From: Reclinomonas americana ATCC 50394
Lineage: Eukaryota
Reading direction: 5' to 3'
Length of the DNA: 64,000 nt
Assembly (NCBI GenBank): GCA_048213135.1
Contig: PS015009.1
Location: 434,001-498,000 of the forward strand
Shown in pieces: positions 49,470 through 57,721 of this stretch. Every line of letters starts with the position of its first letter. Position 1 is the stretch's first letter. A program made the translations under genes and the position numbers. Below the pieces are notes generated by a model. The model ran no database searches and had not been told where the DNA came from. It was given only the letters and a program-made list of their open reading frames with translations.

Positions 49470-50432
49470 ATGGTAATAACAGAAAAATACAACCTGGAAG
49501 AACTGATCCACCTGCTGAGCAGGCAGGCAGATAAAAAGAAACAACCCGACGACTTCCTGAAATCGGGCATACTGCTGATCAATAAAGCCAAGGAACATCT
49601 GGACCGGGACGAAGTATTTGAACTGCTCTACCTTTTCAACCAGTGCAAAAAAGGGTACTATGAAATACTGAAACGCAACCGCATATCGGCTTCCTGGTTT
49701 TTTGAAAAAATAGAAAGCTGGATCAGCACCAGGTATACAGAAAAGCCCTACTGCGCCGCCATCGCTTTCCTTTTCCTGGCCAAGAACTATGCGGATATGC
49801 AGGCTGATTATGTCCGGGCGAAAGAAATGCTGATAAAAGGAATCGGTGCAATTGATACCCTGTTTGCGAAAGATGCAGATGGTCTTTTCATCCGCCTTAA
49901 AAATTTTATGCTGGTGCTGTACAACAAAGCCCTTGTAAAAGAAGGCGAAGTGGCTGCTGCTGTAAATAACCTCACGGAAGAATTGTGCCGCCACCTTGGT
50001 AGCGCCACAGGTGAGCAGGCATCCGATACTGATGAATGTATCTATCGCTTATTCACCGATCTCTACGGTTTTTCTTTATTCAGCGACGCTGTTGCGGGTT
50101 ATATGAAACAACACATCAGCGACGCCTGTAACCGTCAGCAGGATATGCCCGGAACGGGTTATACCGGTTATTTCATAGCGGCGGAAAGAGCCATCGCCGG
50201 GGATGATATAACCGTGTATTTTGAAAAGATCACGGATATGGCAAGGTCATTTTCCGATCCTGCGCAGGCCGCCATGCTGGCCTACCAGTTTGCACAGGGC
50301 GACAAATACCTGGCAATGCAGAACGATCCCATGCGGACATCATTCGCCCTGGCCTTTGAAATTTTTGTAAAACGTACCATGCCGGGCTATGTATCGGAAA
50401 AAATGTTCGACAGTAAGAAACAACTACAATAA
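49470..50432 (+). CDS. Hypothetical, predicted helical protein (320 aa)
   Basis: Tightly coupled within the operon; no motif recognised. Confidence 0.65.
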   Translation: MVITEKYNLEELIHLLSRQADKKKQPDDFLKSGILLINKAKEHLDRDEVFELLYLFNQCKKGYYEILKRNRISASWFFEKIESWISTRYTEKPYCAAIAFLFLAKNYADMQADYVRAKEMLIKGIGAIDTLFAKDADGLFIRLKNFMLVLYNKALVKEGEVAAAVNNLTEELCRHLGSATGEQASDTDECIYRLFTDLYGFSLFSDAVAGYMKQHISDACNRQQDMPGTGYTGYFIAAERAIAGDDITVYFEKITDMARSFSDPAQAAMLAYQFAQGDKYLAMQNDPMRTSFALAFEIFVKRTMPGYVSEKMFDSKKQLQ

Positions 50433-50453
50433 ATCACTCAGAAAAGATCTAAA

Positions 50454-51194
50454 ATGGAAAAAGGGAAACTGGTTTTGGTTACCGGCGGAAGCCGCGGAAT
50501 TGGAAAAGCCATCTGCCTGGAATTGGCAGGCAAAGGGAATGTCATCCTATTTACTTACCTGTCCAACGAAGAAGCCGCCAACGCCACAGAAGCTGAATTA
50601 CAGGCGATCAGCGAATTCGGGCACAAAGGATTTAAGTGCGACATGGCCGACAAGGAAGCTGTGCAGCAGTTATTCAAACAGATCCATAAGGATTTTGGTA
50701 AAGTGGAAGTGCTGGTCAACAATGCCGGTATTACCGGGAATGTAAAATTATTTATGATGACCTCCGATACAGACTGGTGGTCCATCTTCAATAATAATTT
50801 TCAATCCGTGCTGAATGCCGTACGTTTTGTTTTGCCGGGTATGATATCAAAAAAGGATGGTATTATCATCAACATGGGTTCCCTGTCGGGAAAGGATGGA
50901 ACTCCCGGCTCATCGGCTTATTCCTCCTCCAAAGCCGCCATCATCACTTTTACCAAATGCCTCTTCCAGGAACATGCGCAACATGGTATCAAAGCCTTTT
51001 GTGTATCGCCCGGTTTTGTAGAGACCGATATGATCAAAGATGTTCCCGAACCCTATATCAAGTACAGGATGGTGAAAACACCATTGCGCCGCCCCGGCAC
51101 AACCGCCGAGATCGCCAACCTTGTTGCTTACCTGGCAGGATCGCCCCCTGCATTGCTGGGCGGACAGGATATCAGTATTGACGGACTGCAATAA
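50454..51194 (+). CDS. 3-oxoacyl-ACP reductase (FabG-like SDR)
   Basis: TGGSRGIG, VNNAG, YSSSK and PGFVETDM motifs. Confidence 0.9.
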   Translation: MEKGKLVLVTGGSRGIGKAICLELAGKGNVILFTYLSNEEAANATEAELQAISEFGHKGFKCDMADKEAVQQLFKQIHKDFGKVEVLVNNAGITGNVKLFMMTSDTDWWSIFNNNFQSVLNAVRFVLPGMISKKDGIIINMGSLSGKDGTPGSSAYSSSKAAIITFTKCLFQEHAQHGIKAFCVSPGFVETDMIKDVPEPYIKYRMVKTPLRRPGTTAEIANLVAYLAGSPPALLGGQDISIDGLQ

Positions 51195-51206
51195 AAGAAA
51201 CTGCTT

Positions 51207-52424
51207 ATGAAGAAAAGAATTGTAATTACCGGGATGGGCATACTGTCCTCCATTGGCGACACGGTGGAAGAATTCACCTCCAGCCTGTATAACGGCGTAT
51301 CGGGACTCAAACCCATACCAGCCGAAAGATTTTCCACTGAATCGAGGGTGTACCGTAACCGCAACGCCCACGTGATCAGGCAGGAATTGTTCAGCTCCAT
51401 ACTTGCAGATGATGAAACTGTTCTGCGGGAAGCCTCCGTAAGGGCCATCCGCCAGGCCATTACCGACGCGGGGCTTGACATGAATACAATAAATAAACGC
51501 AGCCTCGGGCTTTGTATAGGTACATCTGTCGGTTCCAACTTTCCTTTTATGAGGTGGGTGAATGAGTTCCTCAAAGACAGCAGCGCCATGCAAACGCTGA
51601 TCACCACGCCCACCATTGCCGGCGCCGTTGCCAAAACATTCGGCGTGCTGGGCCCCGTCAGTACGATATCTACCGCCTGCGCCGCAGGCACCAACAGCAT
51701 AGGCAGGGCCTGCGATTTCATCAGCAATGACAGGGCCGAATACATGATCGCGGGAGGTATCGATATTTTTACAGATCATTCTTTCAGTGGTTTTAACAGC
51801 CTTACCGCCATTTCAAAAAGCGATTGCAAACCTTTCGACAACAACAGGGATGGCATGATGCTCGGCGACGCTTCCGCTTACTTTATCATGGAATCATATG
51901 AACACGCCGTTAACCGGGGTGCACGCATCCACGCCGAAGTGCTGGGTTATTCAACGCTGAACGAAGCTTATCATGCCACCGCGCCAACACCTGATGGTTC
52001 CATGGCCTACCGCGTGATGAACGAAGCCATCGCCTATTCAGGCATTCAGCCGCATGAAATAGAATACATCAATGCGCATGGCACCGCCACCAAGGCCAAT
52101 GACGAAATGGAGTTCGTTGCCATTAAGCGTTTTGTCAAAGACAATCCTGTATACATCAGTTCTACCAAATCGCTCACCGGCCATACGCTGGGCGCCGCCG
52201 GCAGTATAGAGCTGATGGCAACCATTGTAGGTATGCAGAACAATTTTATCCCCCCCTCTCTCAATGTGAGTTCCCCGATCGAACAGGAAGATTGTGCTAA
52301 CATGATCTTCGTGAAGGACAAGGGACTGCAGAAAGAGTTCAGCACCGCCATATCCAACTCCTTTGGCTTCGCCGGGAATATGGCCTCTATCGTTGTACGC
52401 AAAATCAATCATCATAACAATTAA
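51207..52424 (+). CDS. Beta-ketoacyl-ACP synthase (FabF-like, catalytic)
   Basis: TACAAG (Cys), NAHGT (His), GHTLGAAG (His) and NSFGFAG motifs. Confidence 0.92.
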   Translation: MKKRIVITGMGILSSIGDTVEEFTSSLYNGVSGLKPIPAERFSTESRVYRNRNAHVIRQELFSSILADDETVLREASVRAIRQAITDAGLDMNTINKRSLGLCIGTSVGSNFPFMRWVNEFLKDSSAMQTLITTPTIAGAVAKTFGVLGPVSTISTACAAGTNSIGRACDFISNDRAEYMIAGGIDIFTDHSFSGFNSLTAISKSDCKPFDNNRDGMMLGDASAYFIMESYEHAVNRGARIHAEVLGYSTLNEAYHATAPTPDGSMAYRVMNEAIAYSGIQPHEIEYINAHGTATKANDEMEFVAIKRFVKDNPVYISSTKSLTGHTLGAAGSIELMATIVGMQNNFIPPSLNVSSPIEQEDCANMIFVKDKGLQKEFSTAISNSFGFAGNMASIVVRKINHHNN

Positions 52425-52435
52425 AACCTACTATT

Positions 52436-52705
52436 ATGACTATCGAAAACATCCAACTGAAGATCAACAGCATCATTATCGATGTACTGAAGCTGAACAA
52501 AAAACCGGAAGAACTGGCGCCCGAAACACCGTTCTTTTCCACTTCGCCTACCAATCCCGGTATCGTGGAAGATTCACTGGCCATCCTGGAAATATCTTCC
52601 CGCATTGCTGAAGAGTTTGACCTGATCCCCGGCGAGATTGATGAAAAAGATTTTCAGAACATTGGCACGCTGAGTTCCGCCATCGCGACCTTAAAAGCCG
52701 CCTGA
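52436..52705 (+). CDS. Acyl carrier protein
   Basis: 89 aa, acidic; GIVEDSL phosphopantetheine-Ser motif; EEFD...F.NIGTL. Confidence 0.82.
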   Translation: MTIENIQLKINSIIIDVLKLNKKPEELAPETPFFSTSPTNPGIVEDSLAILEISSRIAEEFDLIPGEIDEKDFQNIGTLSSAIATLKAA

Positions 52706-52738
52706 TCCTTTATTCAACCATAACAAAGAAAAGATCAA

Positions 52739-53923
52739 TTGGAAAAGAACGTTTTCATAGATAAGGTCCATGCCATAGACAACAATATCGGCAACCGGGA
52801 AAGTAAAAAACTGGCCGGGGCTCTTGCAAAGGATTTCAACTTTGTATCGGCTAACCTGTCCAATTTTTTGCCTGCTATTCCGCAGGAACAGCACTGGGAC
52901 CTCTATGTTGAACTAATGCGCAACCGTTCGCTCGCCGTTTTTCACAGTGAACTTACGCAACTCGCAGACCGCATGGAAGCGAGAGGCGACCTGGGTTTCC
53001 TGGAAACGGTTGGTAAGAAACCCTGTATCTTTTGTAATTATCACCTGGGGTCGTACCGGGCACTGCTGGGTTTCCTGGTGAACAGGAAGATCGACTTCGC
53101 CTTATTGCTCGACAACCGTACTTTTTCCGAACAGGGCGATAAAATAAGGGCAAGCATCGCTTCACTTCAGCAACACGCACAACACGAAGTATCCTTTGAT
53201 CTTTTCAACGTGGAAAACCCCGCTGCCATGATGCATATCGGGCAATGGATCAAAGCCGGAAAATCGCTGGTGGCCTACCTTGATGGCAATACCGGTTATG
53301 GCGGTATCAAAAGCGGGAAACAGGAAGTGTATGCACAGCTTGAATTTATGGGTATGCCCATCAGCAGCCGCAAAGGCATAGCCACGCTGTCTTATATCAC
53401 CAATGTGCCGATCATTCCCGCCATCAGTTATTTCGAAGATCGGGAAGCAGCCCCTGTACTCGACTTTCATCCGCCTGTTATACCACACAGGGAAACGCCC
53501 AGGGAAACCTGGGTAACGGATACCCTCCAGCGGTTGTATGCCATTCTTGAAAACAAACTGCGCCAGTATCCCCTGCAATGGGAAGCCTGGCTTTATGTTC
53601 ACAAGTTTCTTGACATGGAAACATTGCAAAAACGTTATGCCGTCGAAAAGGGTGACGTCGCCATACCAGGTAATGAAGACGCGGAACTGTCTTTTAATAA
53701 AGCGCTGTACGGTCTTTTCCTGCTGGATGAAACGCCTTACCTGTTCAACAGGCGTACCTATATCACGTACGAGATCAATGAACCGGTATTCAGCACCCTG
53801 CAGCAACTCGCGGCAAAAGACAGTATGCGCCGGGCTGAACTGAACATAAGCGACAGCAGCATGGGGCAGTTACTGGCACTGAATGTTTTATCACCTTGTT
53901 TACAAAACGCGGGAACCATATGA
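52739..53923 (+). CDS. LpxL/LPLAT-superfamily acyltransferase with C-terminal RRE-like domain
   Basis: TTG start; NYHLGSY, YLDGN, EFMG...RKGIATLS...VPIIP and YPLQWEAW motifs; extra ~75-aa C-terminal beta3-alpha domain. Confidence 0.68.
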   Translation: MEKNVFIDKVHAIDNNIGNRESKKLAGALAKDFNFVSANLSNFLPAIPQEQHWDLYVELMRNRSLAVFHSELTQLADRMEARGDLGFLETVGKKPCIFCNYHLGSYRALLGFLVNRKIDFALLLDNRTFSEQGDKIRASIASLQQHAQHEVSFDLFNVENPAAMMHIGQWIKAGKSLVAYLDGNTGYGGIKSGKQEVYAQLEFMGMPISSRKGIATLSYITNVPIIPAISYFEDREAAPVLDFHPPVIPHRETPRETWVTDTLQRLYAILENKLRQYPLQWEAWLYVHKFLDMETLQKRYAVEKGDVAIPGNEDAELSFNKALYGLFLLDETPYLFNRRTYITYEINEPVFSTLQQLAAKDSMRRAELNISDSSMGQLLALNVLSPCLQNAGTI

Positions 53924-55341
53924 GCGGTAACATGCTACTGGACGCCATCAAAAAACAAACCAGCGCCAACCCCGGCGGAGTTGCTCTTATGGAGGAAGGC
54001 CGTCAGTTGACCTATGCCGGATTATGGAAAGAGACAGATGAACTCGCAACTTTCTTTGCCAGACAAGGTATGGGTAAGGGCACCATCGTTCCCATTTATT
54101 ACAAAAACTCCATTCAACTCGCTGTTGTGTTCCTGGCGCTGCTTTCTGTTAATGCCAGCCCGCTGATACTGAGCCAGGAAAGACTGGGCACTGGCGACCT
54201 GGACGCGTTTCATTTTCATGCATTGATCATTGCCGAAGGAGAACAACATTTTTTCCCGGCATACGACAACCACCCGGTAACCCGTCATGGTGATCTCCGT
54301 ATTATTTTCAACACCAGGCCGGCGAAAAAGATCAGCCCCAAACTGCCCGGCATACTCGTTACCAGTTCAGGCAGCACCAGTAAGCCCAAGCTGATCGTAC
54401 TGACGATGGAAGGCGTTTTGCAAAATATAAAAGCCAACAGCCAGTCGCTGGGTATTGTTTCTTCCGACATCAGCCTGCAATGCCTGCCCATGAGTTATTC
54501 TTACGGACTCGTAGGCCAGTTCCTTACCCACCTGTATTGCGGCGCCGGCATTGTATTCAGCTCGAATAAACTGCTGGTACTGATGATGTCGGGATACATC
54601 AGCAAATACAAAATAACCACCCTGTTCACCGTACCGCCTATGTTGCGGCAATTCCTGGCCCTGGTGCACCCGGGCAACAGCCATGAAGTATATTCTTCAC
54701 TCCGGCTGGTGACCATCGGCGGCAATCATGTGGAAGCTTATACGGTAAAGAAAGCGATGAACCTGTTCAATTGCCAGGTGGTAAAAACTTATGGCCTGGC
54801 CGAAGCGGGTCCGCGTGTATGCAGCAACTTCATTACACCGGGCAATGAATCGGCCATCAATACCGCCGGTAAACCTATCGACAGGGTTAGCATCGACATT
54901 GTGGACGCCAAAGGAAATCCTTTGCAAAAAGGGCTTACCGGCCGCATATTGGTGAACAGCCCCTGCGTAAGCGCCGGGTACCTGCACCAGGCGGAGCGCT
55001 CTATCGTTACCGGCAAACGGGTACTGACAAAGGATTACGGGTATATAGAAAAGAACGGGAACCTGGTGGTAGTGGGCAGGCGTGGACAATACATGTATGC
55101 GCAGGGCAGGAAAATATGGTTCAGCGAAATAGAATCGGTGATCTATAATTCGGGCCAGGTTTGCAAGATCGCCTCTTCAAAAAAAGGAAGATCATTATAC
55201 CTGCAGGTACTCCCTTTATCCAATTGCAGGATAACGGAAGAAGGAATAAATAAAATGCTGGTCCACACTTTCGGGGACGTGATAGCGAGCCGGGTTCATG
55301 TTGAGTTCATTAATATACTGCAGATAAAAACTTTAAAATAA
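53920..55341 (+). CDS. Adenylate-forming enzyme (acyl-AMP/ACP ligase family)
   Basis: TSSGSTSKPK, TYGLAEA and TKDYG...VVGR motifs; ATGA overlap with the upstream gene. Confidence 0.85.
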   Translation: MSGNMLLDAIKKQTSANPGGVALMEEGRQLTYAGLWKETDELATFFARQGMGKGTIVPIYYKNSIQLAVVFLALLSVNASPLILSQERLGTGDLDAFHFHALIIAEGEQHFFPAYDNHPVTRHGDLRIIFNTRPAKKISPKLPGILVTSSGSTSKPKLIVLTMEGVLQNIKANSQSLGIVSSDISLQCLPMSYSYGLVGQFLTHLYCGAGIVFSSNKLLVLMMSGYISKYKITTLFTVPPMLRQFLALVHPGNSHEVYSSLRLVTIGGNHVEAYTVKKAMNLFNCQVVKTYGLAEAGPRVCSNFITPGNESAINTAGKPIDRVSIDIVDAKGNPLQKGLTGRILVNSPCVSAGYLHQAERSIVTGKRVLTKDYGYIEKNGNLVVVGRRGQYMYAQGRKIWFSEIESVIYNSGQVCKIASSKKGRSLYLQVLPLSNCRITEEGINKMLVHTFGDVIASRVHVEFINILQIKTLK

Positions 55342-55350
55342 ACTACCGGT

Positions 55351-56001
55351 ATGGAACGTGTTGCTGTGGTTTGGACAGATAAAAAAGAGTGTACCGGCGA
55401 CCGGTACCTGGCGGGCATACTTGCGGGACTTAAAGAAGAATTTACCAGCAGGTACCATTTCCTGGCACCTCGCGAAGAGACCATCATCGGGCGGTTACTG
55501 TTGTGCAGCCTGTTACCCGGGATGTCACTTTCGGCTCTCATGAAAAACACCACCTATTCCGCCACAGGAAAACCTTATTTACAAGACGGCAGCCGGCATT
55601 TCAGTATCAGTCATTCCGGCGACCTGGTTATAGCCGCCTGTTCTGATCATGGCGGGATTGGGATAGACACCATTGAAACCGTTCGGATGAAAGATCAATC
55701 TCTCTCCTTTCTTCACCCGGATGAAAAGGAAGCTTATGATTCAAGTGAAGATAAGACCGCTTATCTCGGCAGTGTATGGACGAAAAAGGAAGCGATCTCA
55801 AAACTGACCGGCCAGGGCTGGGTGCCCGGATTTTCGGGCATCAATACAGAACATCCTGTGATCAACGGGCAACTGTTCCGGTTGGGAAAAATTGATATAC
55901 ATAACAATTACAGCACCCACATCGCCAGCGAAGAAAAAATTATGCCGGTGCTGACCCGGTTGTCTGCCAGGCAACTGATCAACCGGCAGCACTATAACTA
56001 A
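55351..56001 (+). CDS. 4'-phosphopantetheinyl transferase (Sfp-type)
   Basis: GKPY, FSISHSG, IGID and WTKKEAISK motifs. Confidence 0.85.
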   Translation: MERVAVVWTDKKECTGDRYLAGILAGLKEEFTSRYHFLAPREETIIGRLLLCSLLPGMSLSALMKNTTYSATGKPYLQDGSRHFSISHSGDLVIAACSDHGGIGIDTIETVRMKDQSLSFLHPDEKEAYDSSEDKTAYLGSVWTKKEAISKLTGQGWVPGFSGINTEHPVINGQLFRLGKIDIHNNYSTHIASEEKIMPVLTRLSARQLINRQHYN

Positions 56002-56010
56002 TTATAAACT

Positions 56011-56457
56011 ATGATAAGCAATACTACTTTACCACAACCTTCTGCCCTGCTGCCGCATGGTGAACCTATCCTGCAAATAGACAGGATACTGGAATATATA
56101 CCCGGCAAAGGCCTGACAGCACAAAAAGAGATCACCGAAGAGAACCCATTTCTTAAAGGACATTTTCCGGGCTACCCGCTTATGCCGGGCGTAATACTGA
56201 TAGAAATGATGTTCCAGTCCTGCGGACTTTACGGAAGAATGGAAGCCGCCACCGGTGCTGTTGAAGAAGGAGCGAAAAAAATCGGCAAGGCCATTAAGAT
56301 CAATAATGCCGTATTCAAAAGTGAAGTACGACCGGGCGACCTGCTGGAGATCAGCGTACAGTTCAAACAAAAAATATTTGCCTTTTCTGTATTCGACTGC
56401 AGCATTACCAGCGATAAAAAAGTAGTGGCCGAAGCAGAAGTGACCGTATACATTTAA
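56011..56457 (+). CDS. 3-hydroxyacyl-ACP dehydratase (FabZ-like)
   Basis: LPH..PILQID, GHFPGYPLMPGVILIE and VRPGD motifs. Confidence 0.9.
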   Translation: MISNTTLPQPSALLPHGEPILQIDRILEYIPGKGLTAQKEITEENPFLKGHFPGYPLMPGVILIEMMFQSCGLYGRMEAATGAVEEGAKKIGKAIKINNAVFKSEVRPGDLLEISVQFKQKIFAFSVFDCSITSDKKVVAEAEVTVYI

Positions 56458-56468
56458 ACAGTAAGATC

Positions 56469-57704
56469 ATGACAAATCATAAAGAACGCATCCTCATTAC
56501 CGGCATTGGCGCCCTCAGTAACCTGGGTATTGGTATTAAGGATTCCGTGGAACACATCAGGCAGAACAAACCTTCGTTTACGGAAAAAAGCGAATGGACA
56601 GTAGAAGGACTCGATAAAGAATATATCGGGGAGTGCGCCGGGTTTGAGTTTGAAAAGGTTTTTGAAAACCCCGGAACGGTTTTCCGGTATTCCCAACTAT
56701 CGATCATGGCCTGCAAGCTGGCACTGGATGATGCCGGGCTGGCGCCTCATACGGGCGACTCTTCCCGCACCGGCCTTATCATCAATTCCGATCTTGGTGC
56801 CAGCACCGCGGCTGAAAATTACGCGATGAAATTATACGCCAAAGGGCCGGAAAGGGTAAGCCCTTTTGACTTTACCAAATCCGTTGCCAACTGCGTAATC
56901 GGCGATACCGCCCGCCAGTTCAAGATCACCGGCGCCAGCTCTTTTATCATTGGAGAGAACAGCATCTCGTATGGCTTCAACCTGCTGCAGGACGGCAAGG
57001 CAGACATCATTATTTGCGGCGGTGTTGATGAACTGAGGGACAGAACGCTGTGGAATTATTCAAGACGGGGATTGACCGTGCCGGTGAATGGCTCCGATCC
57101 CGCTACGAACAGTCCTTCCAGTTTGCCCGGAGAAGACAACCGTATGCTTTTTGGTGAAGGCGCCGCCTTTGTGGTGCTTGAAACCGAATCCCATGCCAAA
57201 CAAAGGGGCGCTAAAATTTATGCGGAGATGCTGGGAGAATTTTCAGGATGCGATTCATTATGCAACGAGATCATCTGGGAAAGATCGCCGGAAGATCTTT
57301 CTTATAATATGCGCAAGGCAATGGAAGTATCGGGTATAGGTCCGGAGCAGGTATCTTTTATCATGGGTGCATCCACGCTTCCCTGGCAGGTGAACGCCTA
57401 TGAAGTACCCGCCATTGAAGAAGTGTGGAAAAACGAACCCGTAAAATACAGCAGCATCAAGTGCAGGACCGGGGAAACATTCAGCTCATCGCCGGTACTC
57501 TCTTTCGCGCTGGCGGCGGCTTACCTGTCGGAAGGCGCTATTCCCGGAACAGGCTGGCCCGCGTCTTTGTGGCAGCACAACCCGCAGCACATTCAAATGA
57601 TCGCTGCAGATGAATCAATAGGAAATGAACCGGCCTGTTGTCTTGTCAATTCCATACAACTGGGCGGCAATACTACATCAGCCATCATAAAAACATATCA
57701 ATAA
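56469..57704 (+). CDS. Non-catalytic ketosynthase homolog (chain-length-factor-like)
   Basis: KS fold motifs ITGIG, VSPF, GEGAAFVVLE and GGN, but no TAC, HGT or GH motifs at the catalytic positions. Confidence 0.75.
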   Translation: MTNHKERILITGIGALSNLGIGIKDSVEHIRQNKPSFTEKSEWTVEGLDKEYIGECAGFEFEKVFENPGTVFRYSQLSIMACKLALDDAGLAPHTGDSSRTGLIINSDLGASTAAENYAMKLYAKGPERVSPFDFTKSVANCVIGDTARQFKITGASSFIIGENSISYGFNLLQDGKADIIICGGVDELRDRTLWNYSRRGLTVPVNGSDPATNSPSSLPGEDNRMLFGEGAAFVVLETESHAKQRGAKIYAEMLGEFSGCDSLCNEIIWERSPEDLSYNMRKAMEVSGIGPEQVSFIMGASTLPWQVNAYEVPAIEEVWKNEPVKYSSIKCRTGETFSSSPVLSFALAAAYLSEGAIPGTGWPASLWQHNPQHIQMIAADESIGNEPACCLVNSIQLGGNTTSAIIKTYQ

Positions 57705-57721
57705 AGGAGCAGGTACATACG

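Noticed and set aside
50454-57704. Flexirubin/aryl-polyene pigment cluster or primary fatty-acid synthesis operon
   Set aside because: No ammonia-lyase, DarA/DarB, glycosyltransferase, LolA/MMPL, FabD or FabH genes are visible, and the block sits between RiPP precursors/rSAM and lanB.
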